From positions 288,001 through 352,000 of the forward strand of contig CP045477.1 of NCBI GenBank assembly GCA_009392915.1: 64,000 nucleotides of DNA, in the 5' to 3' direction. This DNA is from Candidatus Forterrea multitransposorum CG_2015-17_Forterrea_25_41. GTDB taxonomy: Archaea > Iainarchaeota > Iainarchaeia > Iainarchaeales > CSSED10-239. The notes beneath the pieces are model-generated. The model ran no database searches. It had not been told where the DNA came from and worked only from the letters and a program-made list of their open reading frames with translations. Position 1 is the first letter of the stretch; every line of letters begins with the position of its first letter. Shown here piece after piece: positions 1 to 10,580 of the stretch. The translations under genes were made by a program, and so were the position numbers.

Positions 1-783
1 AGAAAAAGAAAATATGATATTTCAGAAAAATCAAAAGAACTTCCTTTACATTTAAAAGTTTTTGATATTATTTATTTTGATGAAAAAAAGATTTATCTTT
101 TACCTTTTAAAGAAAGAAGAGAGCTTTTAGAGAAATATTTTAATATTCCTCCAGTAATCTCTCCAACAAAAATATTAATTACAAACAATCTCTTAAATTT
201 AGAAGATTTCTTTCTTGAAATGAAAGATTCAGGTTTTGAAGGTTTAATTGCAAAAGACCTTAATTCTCCTTATAGTGCAGGATCAAGAGGCTTTAATTGG
301 ATTAAATACAAAAAATCTTATGATAAAGAAAATTTAGATACAATTGATGCTGTTATTATTGGTGGTTTTTTTGGACAAGGTAAAAGAACAGTTACTGGTC
401 TAGGTGCAATTTTAGTTGCTTTATATGATGAAACAAAAGATTGTTATTTTTCTCTTGCAAAAGTTGGAAGTGGACTTAAGGATGAAATTTTAGTTGAGCT
501 TTCTGAAAAGTTAAAAAAAATAACAATTCCAAAAAAACAAGATAATATAGTTTCAAACATTGAGCCTGATTTTTATGTTCTTCCAAAAATAGTTGTTGAA
601 GTTAATTATGATGATATTACAGTTAGTTCTGTTCATACAGTTCCATTACTTAACAGAAATGAAACTCTAGCACTTAGATTTCCAAGATTTATAAAATACA
701 GAACAGATAGAACAGAAAAAGATACAACCTCTCTTAAAGAGATTGCAAGACTTTTTTCTCTTCAAGAAAAATCATTTTCTTAA
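1..783 (+). CDS. lig: ATP-dependent DNA ligase, C-terminal portion (5' end lies upstream of the window)
   Basis: The reading frame is open from nt 1 with no stop until 781-783. The translation has the EGLIAK motif (the ligase EGLMVK motif), an OB-fold-like region and the C-terminal ALRFPRFIKYRTDR signature typical of archaeal/eukaryotic ATP-dependent ligases. Confidence 0.8.
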   Translation, partial: RKRKYDISEKSKELPLHLKVFDIIYFDEKKIYLLPFKERRELLEKYFNIPPVISPTKILITNNLLNLEDFFLEMKDSGFEGLIAKDLNSPYSAGSRGFNWIKYKKSYDKENLDTIDAVIIGGFFGQGKRTVTGLGAILVALYDETKDCYFSLAKVGSGLKDEILVELSEKLKKITIPKKQDNIVSNIEPDFYVLPKIVVEVNYDDITVSSVHTVPLLNRNETLALRFPRFIKYRTDRTEKDTTSLKEIARLFSLQEKSFS

Positions 784-1341
784 AAATTTATTTACTTTCT
801 TTTCAGTAAATTTTTGTATATTTAGTTTATCTTTTTCTATGTTTAAAGCACTACCAAATATATAAGAACTTGAGGCAATACCACAAAAACTTAAGATGTT
901 TTTTGTAAGACCTTTTGTAAATTTATTACAAGTAAATAAATTATATATTTTTGGAGCTCCTGAAGTTGTTAAAACTAGTGCTTTTTTATTTTTTAAAAGT
1001 CCTCTTGGAATAGAATTTACATATTTATAAGCAAAACCAGGAGTAAATACTCTATCACAAAATCCTTTTAAAATTGCAGGCATTGTTCCCCACCAAATAG
1101 GGTAGATAAATATTAGTTTATTGCTTTCTTTTATTTTTTCTTGAATTTTTTTAATTTCATTTGAAGTTTCTCTATTAAGTTCTTCTTTTCCTAAAATAGG
1201 ATTAAATTTCATTTTATAAAGATCTAATACTTGATAGTCTATTTTTTGTTTTTTTAAAATTTCTGTTGTTTTTGTAAGTATCTCTTTATTATAGCTTTCT
1301 TTATCTGGATGTGAATACACTATTAATATTTTTGATTTCAT
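772..1341 (-). CDS. flavodoxin-like fold NAD(P)H-dependent oxidoreductase (Flavodoxin_2 / NQO-like)
   Basis: N-terminal MKILIVYSHP...SYN, central IFIYPIWWGTMPAILKGFCDRVF, about 190 aa. An AGAGG Shine-Dalgarno lies upstream. The gene overlaps the ligase 3' end convergently by 12 nt. Confidence 0.65.
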   Translation of the reverse strand: MKSKILIVYSHPDKESYNKEILTKTTEILKKQKIDYQVLDLYKMKFNPILGKEELNRETSNEIKKIQEKIKESNKLIFIYPIWWGTMPAILKGFCDRVFTPGFAYKYVNSIPRGLLKNKKALVLTTSGAPKIYNLFTCNKFTKGLTKNILSFCGIASSSYIFGSALNIEKDKLNIQKFTEKKVNKFLRK

Positions 1342-1421
1342 TTTTTAAAACCTCTTTTTTTCTTCTAAAAATAAAAATAGAAAAGAAGACTTTATTTTAA
1401 AAATCTTCTTTTATTAACGAT

Positions 1422-2132
1422 TTAATATTGTTTAATTGATGACCACATAATTTCATCATGTGGATTAATTTCAATTCCTTTTGGTGTTATAAACAAAGGA
1501 TGTACTTTTTGATCATGTTTAGTTCCTCTTAGTTTTCTAATGAAAATTGATCTGTGAGGTGGTATAAAGTAAAGCATAAAAATTCCATCTACAACAAATT
1601 CTTCAACACCAAATGCAGAAAAGTCATGTGGTCCTCCAGAAGTTTCAGCTGTTAGCATAGTTGTACAATCTAAATCTTTTAAATAATCTGAAAATCTAAA
1701 AAGAAGATTTCTTAATTTTCCAGGATCAGTTATCCATGCAGAAAAAGCTGTTGTTGAGTCAATTGTAAGTCTTTTTGCACCAATATCTTTAACCATAGAT
1801 GTTATAATATCAAGTTCTTTATCTATTTGTGGTTCTATTGGTTTTCTTGGGTCAATATGCATTCTGTATATTTTCATTAAATCTCTTTGTTCAAGTGATT
1901 TAATATCCCATCCAAAGTTTTCCATGTTCCAGACAATATTTTTAAGATTGTCTTCAACAGTTACAAAAAGACCTGGTTCTCCGTATTTTTTAGCCCCTTC
2001 ATAAATAAAAGTGGTTGCAAAAATAGTTTTTGCAGAACCTGCACCTCCTGATACTAAGACAGACGCTCCTCTAGGGATTCCTCCATCTATAAGTTCATCA
2101 AAGCCAATAACACCAGTTGGTACTCTATCCAT
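1422..2132 (-). CDS. KaiC-like RecA-superfamily ATPase (archaeal KaiC/RadA-paralog family)
   Basis: GVIGFDELIDGGIPRGASVLVSGGAGSAKT Walker A followed by GEPGLFVTVEDN. The motif order is that of KaiC-domain proteins. Confidence 0.75.
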   Translation of the reverse strand: MDRVPTGVIGFDELIDGGIPRGASVLVSGGAGSAKTIFATTFIYEGAKKYGEPGLFVTVEDNLKNIVWNMENFGWDIKSLEQRDLMKIYRMHIDPRKPIEPQIDKELDIITSMVKDIGAKRLTIDSTTAFSAWITDPGKLRNLLFRFSDYLKDLDCTTMLTAETSGGPHDFSAFGVEEFVVDGIFMLYFIPPHRSIFIRKLRGTKHDQKVHPLFITPKGIEINPHDEIMWSSIKQY

Positions 2133-2463
2133 TTTTAATACACCTTTTTTTAAATATTTGCTTATATATATTAAATATAAACATATAATATAATGTAAGG
2201 TAAGTTATTTAAAAGTTTACTTTATTTTAAACTAATTTTAATAATATTTATAATACATAAAAAACTCTTAAAAAGCTGTTTTTTGAAGTAAAAAACACAT
2301 CTATTTAAAAAGTTTTTGTATGTAAATTACTTTATGCTCTTATTATCATCTCTCTATTTATCTATACCGACGAATTTTACAAAATATATATATTTATCAC
2401 TATTTAAATTTAGAGCAAAAGAGTTTATGAGATTATATTTATAAGTATAGCTTTTTTAAGAAG
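2133..2463. promoter_or_regulatory. AT-rich divergent intergenic region between the KaiC-like gene and the rpoH operon; likely carries BRE/TATA promoter(s)
   Basis: A 330-bp non-coding stretch with several TTTATATA-like TATA candidates. No ORF is present. It sits upstream of the first gene of the RNAP operon. Confidence 0.3.
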
Positions 2464-2823
2464 GTGTTTATTTTGGATCAAGAAGATTTTATAATGGAAG
2501 AAGAAAATTTAGAAGAAAAAGATTCTTCAGAAGATGAAGAAAAAGTTTCAAAAGTTAGAAAATTAAGTAAGAACAGAAGACAAAGAAGACTTAAGGATGA
2601 AATTGTACATAATTTTATACCTCTTCACACTATTGCTGATGAAAAAGATTTAGCAGAGCTTTCTTTAAAGAATATATTTGTTGAAAAACTTCCTTTAATT
2701 TTAATTACTGATTCTGCTTTAAGACATTTAGAAGTTAAAGTAGGCGATGTCATTAAAATAAAAAGAAAAAATGAAATCATTGGGGATGTTTATTATTATA
2801 GAAGGGTTGTAGCTGATGAATAA
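2464..2823 (+). CDS. rpoH: DNA-directed RNA polymerase subunit H (Rpb5 homolog)
   Basis: C-terminal LPLILITDSALRHLEVKVGDVIKIKR...YYRRVV matches the RpoH/Rpb5 signature. Its position directly upstream of rpoB is the canonical archaeal order. The start is uncertain: GTG at 2464 or ATG at 2494. Confidence 0.75.
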   Translation: MFILDQEDFIMEEENLEEKDSSEDEEKVSKVRKLSKNRRQRRLKDEIVHNFIPLHTIADEKDLAELSLKNIFVEKLPLILITDSALRHLEVKVGDVIKIKRKNEIIGDVYYYRRVVADE

Positions 2824-2885
2824 ATCATTCTTTTTAAGCAACCTTTTTTTTAAATTTTTTAAAAAAAATATAAATGTGATTGTAA

Positions 2886-4340
2886 ATGGATAATTGGCCA
2901 TTAATTGAATCTTATTATAAAACTGCAGGACCTATAGATCAAATTTTAAAATCTTTTGATCAATTTATTGAGGAGAAAATTCCTGAAATTGTTGAAGAAT
3001 ATTCAGATGTTGAATGTAATAACAATGTTAGAATTAAACTTGAAAATGTAGAAATTTTTAAACCTGAAATTGTTGAAGCAGACAGAAGTGCAAGATTAAG
3101 ACTTACACCAATGGAAGCAAGACAAAGAAATATTAATTATGCAGGTGCTATTTATTTAGATATTAAACTTTACAGAAAAGATGTTTTAATTGATGAAAAA
3201 AGAACATATGTTGGTGAAGTTCCTATTTTAGTAAAATCAAAATACTGTAACCTTAATGGTCTTTCAGAAGAAGATTTAATTGAGCAAGGAGAAGATCCTT
3301 TAGATTTTGGTGGTTATTTTATAATTAATGGTTCTGAGAAAGCTTTAATTACTCAAGAAGTTTTAGCACTTGATAGAATTTTAATTAGTGAAACTTCAGG
3401 TGTTGTTAAAGCACAAGTAATCTCTGTTAAAGGAGCTTTTAAAGGTAAAGTTAAAGTTGAAAGAAATTTAGAAGGATTAATGTATATTTCTTTTCCATCT
3501 TCTCCAAGAAAATTAGCTCTTGTTGAACTTTTAAATGCCTTAGGTATTATAAAAGAAAAAGATATTGTTGATCTTTTCTCTGATGAAAAAGTTATAAATA
3601 ATGAAATATTATTAAATATTGATAAAATTGGATGTACAACAGAGCAAGAAGCTTTAGATAAAATTGGAAAAGCAGTTGCTCCTTCTCAAACACAATCCTA
3701 TAGATTAAGAAGAGCACAAGAAGTTATTGATTCTTTCCTTTTACCACACATTGGTCAAGATAAAAAAGATAGAGCTGCAAAGGCTTTCTATTTAGTAACA
3801 ATGACAACAAAAATCATTGAAAAAGTCTATAAGTTAAGAGAAGACGAAGATAAAGATCACTACTCAAACAAAAGACTTGAACTTTCTGGAAAATTAATGG
3901 AAAATTTATTTAGATATTCTTTTAAACATTTTGTAAATGATTTAAAATTCCAGATTGATAGAACAATTTCAAGACATAGAAAATTAAATATTACAACAGT
4001 AATTAGACCAGATGCAATTTCTGATAGAATCAGATTTGCTGTAAGTACAGGAACTTGGGTTGCAAATGTTACTGGTGTTTGTACTTTCATGGATAGAATG
4101 AATTTTATAGCTCCATTAACTAACCTTAGAAAAGTTAAATCAACTCTTGATTCTCAAAGAGAGCTTTATGAAGCAAGAGATGTACATGGAACTCACTGGG
4201 GAAGATTATGTCCAGTTGAAACTCCTGATGGTCCTAATTGTGGTTTATCTAAAAACCTTTCTATTCTTTCAAGAATTACAACTGATGTAAGAAGTGAAAG
4301 TATATTAAAAACAATAGATATTGAAGAAATTAAATTGTGA
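2886..4340 (+). CDS. rpoB2: DNA-directed RNA polymerase subunit B'' (N-terminal half of split RpoB)
   Basis: 484 aa, ending in ...GTHWGRLCPVETPDGPNCGLSKNL (RpoB N-terminal-half motifs). It is followed after 6 nt by the B' gene. Confidence 0.9.
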   Translation: MDNWPLIESYYKTAGPIDQILKSFDQFIEEKIPEIVEEYSDVECNNNVRIKLENVEIFKPEIVEADRSARLRLTPMEARQRNINYAGAIYLDIKLYRKDVLIDEKRTYVGEVPILVKSKYCNLNGLSEEDLIEQGEDPLDFGGYFIINGSEKALITQEVLALDRILISETSGVVKAQVISVKGAFKGKVKVERNLEGLMYISFPSSPRKLALVELLNALGIIKEKDIVDLFSDEKVINNEILLNIDKIGCTTEQEALDKIGKAVAPSQTQSYRLRRAQEVIDSFLLPHIGQDKKDRAAKAFYLVTMTTKIIEKVYKLREDEDKDHYSNKRLELSGKLMENLFRYSFKHFVNDLKFQIDRTISRHRKLNITTVIRPDAISDRIRFAVSTGTWVANVTGVCTFMDRMNFIAPLTNLRKVKSTLDSQRELYEARDVHGTHWGRLCPVETPDGPNCGLSKNLSILSRITTDVRSESILKTIDIEEIKL

Positions 4341-4346
4341 AGACTT

Positions 4347-6164
4347 ATGCCTATTAATAAAAGTAAAATATATATAAATGGAAGTTTAGTTGGATTTCAT
4401 AACAATCCACTAAAATTAAAGCAAGAGCTTTTAAAAAAGAGAAGAAAAGGAGAAGTTGATGACCAAGTAAACATTGCTTTTAATCAAGAGACAAATGAAA
4501 TCTACATCAGTACTGATAGTGGAAGAGTTCAAAGGCCTTTGATTATTGTTGAAAATGGAAAATCAAAATTATCTGCTGATCTTGTAAAAGATATAAAAGA
4601 CCAAAAAATAGTTTGGGATGATCTTGTAAAAGATGGTGTTTTAGAGTATTTAGATGCTGAAGAAGAAGAAAATGCATTAGTTGCTTTAGATGAAAAAGAA
4701 TTAACTCCAGATCATACTCACTTAGAGATTTCTGGAACTGCTATTTTTAGTGTTATTTCATCAATGATTCCATTTATAAATCACAACATGGCTGGTAAAG
4801 CTATTCACGGTGCTAAAGTTTTCAAACAAGGTGTTGGTATTCCTTCTGCAAATTACAGAAATAGATTTGATACTGAAATGCATGTTCTTTATTATCCTCA
4901 AAGAACATTAGTAACTACAAGAACAGAAGAAATGATTCAATCTTATAGAAGACCAATGTCTCAAAATGCAGTTGTTGCTATTATGCCTTTTAAAGGATAT
5001 AATATGACTGATGCTTTAATAATTAATAAAGGTGCAATTGAAAGAGGAGTTGGAAGATCTTCATACTATAGAACTTATTCTGCTCAAGAAAACAGATATC
5101 CTTCAGGACAAGCAGATGAATTTATTGTCCCTGATGAAACAATTGTTGGATATAGAGGAGATGAAGTTTATAAAAATTTAGGTGCAGATGGAATTGCAAA
5201 TGTTGAATCTTATGTTGAAGAAGGTGGAGTTGTTATTGGTATGTCTTCCCCTCCAAGATTTGTTGAAGAAATCTCTGAGTATGGTGTTGTTTCTGAAGAA
5301 AGAAGAGAATCTTCTGTAACTTCTAGAAGACACTTAAAAGGTTATATTGACAAAGTTATGTTAACTCAAACTGTTGGTGGTGTTAAAATTTGTAAAATTA
5401 AAGTTAGATCAGACTTTATCCCACAGACAGGAGATAAATTTTGTTCAAATCACGGACAAAAAGGTGTTATTGGTGCTGTTATAAACGAAGAAGATATGCC
5501 TTTTACATCAAATGGTATGAAACCTGATTTTTTATTAAACCCTCACTCAATTCCTTCAAGAATGACTATTGGTCACTTACTTGAAACTATTGGTGGAAAA
5601 GTTGCTTCTTTAAAAGGAGAAATTATAGATGGTACTCCTTTCTATATTGATAAAGATAATCTTTTAGAAACTTTAAAAGCATATGGTTTTAGAGAAGATG
5701 GTAAAGAAACATTTTATGATGGAACTACTGGAGAAAAAATGGAAATGCCAATTTTTGTAGGTCCAGTTTCATTTAAAAGATTATATCACGTTGTTACAAA
5801 TAAAATACAATCAAGAGATACAGGTTCTATACAATTATTAACCAGACAACCAACCGAAGGTAAAGAAAAAGGTGGTGGACTAAGATTTGGTGAAATGGAA
5901 GGAGATGCTTTAATTGGTCATGGATCAGCTATGCTTTTACATGAAAAATTAATTGATTCTGCTGATGAACTTGAAGTCCATGTATGTTCTGATTGTGGAA
6001 TGATTGCAATTGATGATAAAATTAGAAATAGAAAATATTGTCCTATTTGTACAAATGGTACAATTGAAAAAATAAAAATTAGTTATGGTTTTAAGCTTCT
6101 TTTAGATGAACTTAAAGCTTTAGGTGTGTATCCAAAACTTGAAATTGGAGACAAAATAAATTAA
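4347..6164 (+). CDS. rpoB1: DNA-directed RNA polymerase subunit B' (C-terminal half of split RpoB)
   Basis: Contains NHGQKGV, GEMEGDAL and the C-terminal Zn-ribbon CSDCG...CPIC, all characteristic of the RpoB C-terminal half. Confidence 0.9.
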   Translation: MPINKSKIYINGSLVGFHNNPLKLKQELLKKRRKGEVDDQVNIAFNQETNEIYISTDSGRVQRPLIIVENGKSKLSADLVKDIKDQKIVWDDLVKDGVLEYLDAEEEENALVALDEKELTPDHTHLEISGTAIFSVISSMIPFINHNMAGKAIHGAKVFKQGVGIPSANYRNRFDTEMHVLYYPQRTLVTTRTEEMIQSYRRPMSQNAVVAIMPFKGYNMTDALIINKGAIERGVGRSSYYRTYSAQENRYPSGQADEFIVPDETIVGYRGDEVYKNLGADGIANVESYVEEGGVVIGMSSPPRFVEEISEYGVVSEERRESSVTSRRHLKGYIDKVMLTQTVGGVKICKIKVRSDFIPQTGDKFCSNHGQKGVIGAVINEEDMPFTSNGMKPDFLLNPHSIPSRMTIGHLLETIGGKVASLKGEIIDGTPFYIDKDNLLETLKAYGFREDGKETFYDGTTGEKMEMPIFVGPVSFKRLYHVVTNKIQSRDTGSIQLLTRQPTEGKEKGGGLRFGEMEGDALIGHGSAMLLHEKLIDSADELEVHVCSDCGMIAIDDKIRNRKYCPICTNGTIEKIKISYGFKLLLDELKALGVYPKLEIGDKIN

Positions 6165-6187
6165 AAACTTTATAAAAAGGATTAATT

Positions 6188-8776
6188 ATGAGTGGTGTTA
6201 AAAAAATAAAATCAATTGAGTTTAATATATTAAGCCCAGAAGTTATTAGAAAGATGTCTGGTGTAGAAATTTCTAGATCAGATACTTATGATAAAGATGG
6301 ATATCCAATAGAAAGAGGGGTAATGGATCTTCACTTAGGAGTAATTTCTCCAGGTTTAAGATGTAAGACTTGTGGTCATGGTATGAAAGATTGTCCTGGT
6401 CACTTTGGACATATTGAACTTACAAGACCTGTAATGCATCCTAAGTTTACTGAAAAAATATATCCTATACTTCAATCTAGTTGTAAAGAATGTGGTAAAC
6501 TTTTAATTGAAGATGAAAATAGAACTGAGCTTATGAGATATGCTCAAGATCCTGACAAACTTGCAAAATTCATAATTGATACTTCAAAAACTTTAAAAAA
6601 ATGTCCTCATTGTCAAGCAGAAATTTCAAAAGTTTCTTTAGATAAACCAACTAATTTCTTTGTAGATGGTGAAAGATTATATCCTTCTGATATTTTAGAT
6701 TGGATTTTAAAAATAGAAGATAAAGATTTATTTTTATTTGGATATTCTGAAAAATTAAAACCACAATGGTTTATTTTAAATGTTCTTCCAGTTCCTCCAG
6801 TTTCAATGAGACCTTCTCTTTCTCTTGAAAATGTTGTTACTGCTGAAAATGATTTAACTCACATGCTTTTAAACATTGTAAGAATTAATTCAAGACTTCA
6901 TGAAAACATGAATGCTGGTGCTCCACAAATAATTATTGAAGACTTGTGGGATCTTTTACAATACAATGTTACAACTTATTTTGATAATAATACAGCAGGT
7001 GTACCTCCTGCAAAACACAGATCTGGAAGAGCATTAAATACTTTAGCTCAAAGATTAAAAGGTAAAAAAGGAAGATTTAGATATAACTTAATTGGAAAAA
7101 GAGTTAATTCTGCATCAAGATCTACAATATCACCTTCTACAGAAGTTGCAATTGATGAACTTGGAATTCCTCAAGAAGTTGCAGATACTTTAACAGTTTC
7201 TGAAAGAGTAACTTCTTGGAATATTTCAAAGATTAAAGATTTTATTATGCAAGATAAAGTAAAATATTTAATATCTAAGAATAATAGAAAAAGAATGATT
7301 ACAGAATCAAACAGACAAGAAATAATAGATGCTTTAGAAGAAGGAACTATTGCTAAAAGAAAAATGGTTGATGGAGATTTAGTAATTTTTAACAGACAAC
7401 CAACACTTCATAGATCTTCAATTATGGGACACAAAGTAAAAGTTTTACCTGGTAAAACCTTTAGACTAAATCCAATTTCATGTGCTCCTTACAATGCGGA
7501 CTTTGATGGTGATGAAATGCAAATTCACGCTCCACAAAGTGAATCTTCTATTGCTGAGATTAAAAATCTTTTAATGGTTAATAATCATGTTTTAAGTATT
7601 AGACATGGTAAACCAATTATTACACCTACAGAAGACTTAATTTCTGGTGGATTTTTACTTACAAAACAAGATACTGAATTTACTAAAAAAGAAGCCATGG
7701 AAATGCTTTATTCAATAGGTGTTACAGAACTTCCTGCAGCTGATAGAGGAAGAGGACTTTATTCTGGTAAGTTAATTTTTAGTCAAATCTTACCAAATGA
7801 TCTTAATTTAGAATATGAAAATAAAATGTATACTATTATTAAGAAAATAAAAGGAAAAGTTACTAAAAAAGATATTGAAAAATACGATTGTTACTTTAAA
7901 ATTGAAAAAGGAAAATTAGTTTCTGGAGTCTTTGATGAAAGAGCAACTTCTCCTAAAAACTTAATTGATGTTATTGTAAGACATTATCCTACAGATTTTA
8001 TTTCTGAGTTTTATTATAAATTATCTAAATTAGTTTTTTATGCTTTATCAAAGAAAGGTTTAACTATTGCTTTAGATGAATATAAAACAACTAAAGAATT
8101 ACAAGTTGAAATTGATCAAAAAATAAAAGAATTAATTGTAAGTACAAATGCAATTGTTAAAAAATATGAAAATAAAACATTACCTTTAGTATCTGGTAAA
8201 AATCTAGATGAAACTTTTGAAATTGAAATGATGACAGCAGCATCTAATGTTAAGGATTATATTTCTGACAAAATACTTCTTGAAAAATTCAACGATATGT
8301 ATGATGATAGAAAAGTTTCAAACAATAACACAACTATGCTTTCAAGTGTAGGTGGGTCTAGAGGAAAAGTTTTAAATGTTGTAAACATTATTGGTCTTTG
8401 GGGACAAGTAACTGTTAGAACAGGAAGAGCTAAAAATGGTTTTAAAAATAGACTTTTAAGTTCTAATGTTTTAGGTTCAAATGCATTAATGGATTATGGT
8501 TTTGTTAAAAATAATTTCTATAATGGTATGACCCCTAAAGAATATTTCATCCACTCAATTGGTGGAAGACAAGGTGAAATTGACACTGGTGTTTCTACAA
8601 AAGTATCTGGATATCTTTATAGAAGACTTTCAAATGCTTTAAAAGATCTTGTTGTACAAGATGATTTATCTGTAAAGACAGCAGATGGACAAGTAATACA
8701 ATTTACTTATGGTGATGATGGTCTTTCCCCTGATAAAGCTTATCTTGGAAAGAATATTAATTTCTTCCACGAGTAG
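6188..8776 (+). CDS. rpoA1: DNA-directed RNA polymerase subunit A'
   Basis: N-terminal Zn-binding CKTCGHGMKDCPGHFGHIEL and the catalytic NADFDGDEMQIH motif. 862 aa. Confidence 0.92.
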   Translation: MSGVKKIKSIEFNILSPEVIRKMSGVEISRSDTYDKDGYPIERGVMDLHLGVISPGLRCKTCGHGMKDCPGHFGHIELTRPVMHPKFTEKIYPILQSSCKECGKLLIEDENRTELMRYAQDPDKLAKFIIDTSKTLKKCPHCQAEISKVSLDKPTNFFVDGERLYPSDILDWILKIEDKDLFLFGYSEKLKPQWFILNVLPVPPVSMRPSLSLENVVTAENDLTHMLLNIVRINSRLHENMNAGAPQIIIEDLWDLLQYNVTTYFDNNTAGVPPAKHRSGRALNTLAQRLKGKKGRFRYNLIGKRVNSASRSTISPSTEVAIDELGIPQEVADTLTVSERVTSWNISKIKDFIMQDKVKYLISKNNRKRMITESNRQEIIDALEEGTIAKRKMVDGDLVIFNRQPTLHRSSIMGHKVKVLPGKTFRLNPISCAPYNADFDGDEMQIHAPQSESSIAEIKNLLMVNNHVLSIRHGKPIITPTEDLISGGFLLTKQDTEFTKKEAMEMLYSIGVTELPAADRGRGLYSGKLIFSQILPNDLNLEYENKMYTIIKKIKGKVTKKDIEKYDCYFKIEKGKLVSGVFDERATSPKNLIDVIVRHYPTDFISEFYYKLSKLVFYALSKKGLTIALDEYKTTKELQVEIDQKIKELIVSTNAIVKKYENKTLPLVSGKNLDETFEIEMMTAASNVKDYISDKILLEKFNDMYDDRKVSNNNTTMLSSVGGSRGKVLNVVNIIGLWGQVTVRTGRAKNGFKNRLLSSNVLGSNALMDYGFVKNNFYNGMTPKEYFIHSIGGRQGEIDTGVSTKVSGYLYRRLSNALKDLVVQDDLSVKTADGQVIQFTYGDDGLSPDKAYLGKNINFFHE

Positions 8777-8823
8777 AAATGTTATGTTTGTTGGACAATT
8801 TAAAATATTAAATGTGAAATATT

Positions 8824-9990
8824 ATGAGAGAACTTCCAAAATTAGTTTTAGAGAGAATTGAAAATTATTCTAAAAAGAAAAGTTTTAGTGATGCAAAACA
8901 AAAAAAATTAGTTGAAATTGTAACTAGAAAATACAATGATTCTTTAGTAACTCCTGGAGATGCTATGGGTCTTATTGCTGCTCAATCAATAGGTGAACCT
9001 GGAACACAGTTAACTTTAAGAACAAAGCACTATGCTGGATCTTTAGAAGTATCTGTTGGTCAAGGAATTCAAAGAGTAATTGAAATTGTTGATGGAAGAT
9101 TATCTTCAAAGTTTCCTTCTATGAAGCTTTATTTAAAGAAAGATGTTTTTAATACTGATAAAAAAATAAATAAATTTGCAAAAAGTTTAATAGATATTAA
9201 AGTTGGAGCAATTGGAGAATTCCAAGAAGATTTTTTAAACAGAACTGTTTCTTTTGTCCTAGATCATGAAAAAATTAATGAACTTGATATTGATAAAGAA
9301 GAAGTTATGACACTTATCTATGATAAGATAATTGATGTTTATGTTTCAAAAAGATTTACTCCAAATAAAAATGGTATAAATTTTACTTTTGATAAAGATA
9401 CACCTCTCTTCAATATTAGAAAAGCTATTATTAAATGGAATAAAATACCTTTATTTGGTATAAAAAATATAGAATTAACTGTTGTTTCAGAAGAGAATGG
9501 AGAAAAAGTAATTATTACTAAAGGTTCTAATCTTTCTGAAATTTTAAAAGTTGAAGAACTTGATACTCAAAGAAGTTACACAAATGATATTTTAGAAGTA
9601 AATAAAGTTTTTGGTATTGAAGCTGCAAGAGAATCAATAATAAGAGAACTTTATAATACTTTTGATAGTAATGGAATTGATATTAACAAAAGACATATTG
9701 CAATTTTAGCAGATCTTATGTGCTTTAATGGAAAAGTTAAAGGAATTGTAAGAACTGGAATTACAGGAGAAAAATCAAGTCCATTTGCAAGAGCTTCTTT
9801 TGAAGAAACTGTTAAACATATTCTTTCAGCTGCATTTGATGGTGAGAGAGAAAACTTCAAAGGAATTATTGAAAACCTTATTGTAGGACAACCAATACTT
9901 GCAGGAACTGGTAGAGTAAAACTTACTCTTGATCCTAAAAATCTTAAAAAAATGATAAAAAAACAAGAGAGTTTAATTGAAGATAAATAA
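8824..9990 (+). CDS. rpoA2: DNA-directed RNA polymerase subunit A''
   Basis: Trigger-loop region LIAAQSIGEPGTQLTLRT and C-terminal GITGEKSSPFARASFEET...NLIVGQ motifs. It follows rpoA1. Confidence 0.9.
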   Translation: MRELPKLVLERIENYSKKKSFSDAKQKKLVEIVTRKYNDSLVTPGDAMGLIAAQSIGEPGTQLTLRTKHYAGSLEVSVGQGIQRVIEIVDGRLSSKFPSMKLYLKKDVFNTDKKINKFAKSLIDIKVGAIGEFQEDFLNRTVSFVLDHEKINELDIDKEEVMTLIYDKIIDVYVSKRFTPNKNGINFTFDKDTPLFNIRKAIIKWNKIPLFGIKNIELTVVSEENGEKVIITKGSNLSEILKVEELDTQRSYTNDILEVNKVFGIEAARESIIRELYNTFDSNGIDINKRHIAILADLMCFNGKVKGIVRTGITGEKSSPFARASFEETVKHILSAAFDGERENFKGIIENLIVGQPILAGTGRVKLTLDPKNLKKMIKKQESLIEDK

Positions 9991-10081
9991 ATAAAAAAAG
10001 AGATTCCTTTTTTAAATGTTGTGAAGCATAATTATATATTATATTAAAGGATTTTTTTTAAAAAAAATATAAGTGATTAAT

Positions 10082-10576
10082 ATGGATTGGAATAGATTTA
10101 ATACACAATTAAGAAGTGCAGTTGATACAGGAAAAGTAATTTATGGAACTAAAGAGACTTTAAGAGAATGTCTTGTTGGTGAACCTAAATTAGTTGTTGT
10201 TTCAAAGAATATAAAAAACATTACAAAAAAAGAAATTGAACATTTCTCAAACAAACTTAAGATTCATTTTATTGAATATCCAGAAAATGGTTTTGAATTA
10301 GGTTCTGTTTGTGGAAAACCTTTTAATATTTCTTCACTTGTAATTAAAGATTTAGGTCAATCATCAATTGTTGATGTTATTAACTTAAAAGAAGTTGTTG
10401 AAGAAAAAATGACTAAGTCTAAAATTAAAGCTGAAAAAAGACAAGTTAAAGAAGAAAAGAAAGCTGAAAAATCTAAAGCAAAGAAATTAAAAGAAATACA
10501 AAAAGAAGAAGATGATGAAAAGTCTATTAAAGAAGACGCAGCTTTAAAAGGAATTTTAAAAATTAAAAAGAAATAA
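10082..10576 (+). CDS. rpl30e: ribosomal protein L30e with a ~60-aa K/E-rich C-terminal extension
   Basis: MDWNRFNTQLRSAVDTGKVIYGTKET...LVVVSKN resembles L30e (L7Ae superfamily). Position after rpoA2 is canonical. The track start GTG at 10073 was moved to ATG 10082. Confidence 0.75.
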   Translation: MDWNRFNTQLRSAVDTGKVIYGTKETLRECLVGEPKLVVVSKNIKNITKKEIEHFSNKLKIHFIEYPENGFELGSVCGKPFNISSLVIKDLGQSSIVDVINLKEVVEEKMTKSKIKAEKRQVKEEKKAEKSKAKKLKEIQKEEDDEKSIKEDAALKGILKIKKK

Positions 10577-10580
10577 TTAA

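Noticed and set aside
220-783. ORF-track start of the ligase at Met 220
   Set aside because: The frame is open back to nt 1 with ligase-like sequence, so the Met is internal and the gene is truncated by the window edge.
2011-2193. 60-aa + strand ORF
   Set aside because: It lies entirely inside and antisense to the well-supported KaiC-like gene, and its composition looks like antisense translation.
3860-4090. 76-aa minus-strand ORF inside rpoB''
   Set aside because: Antisense to a highly conserved RNAP gene. Such ORFs appear by chance in AT-rich sequence.
4340-4347. possibility that rpoB is split by a frameshift or pseudogenisation
   Set aside because: The B''/B' junction falls at the position where methanogen and halophile-type archaea naturally split RpoB. 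B' has its own ATG directly after the B'' stop. It is a genuine two-gene arrangement.
9651-9860. 69-aa minus-strand ORF inside rpoA''
   Set aside because: Antisense overlap with a conserved gene.
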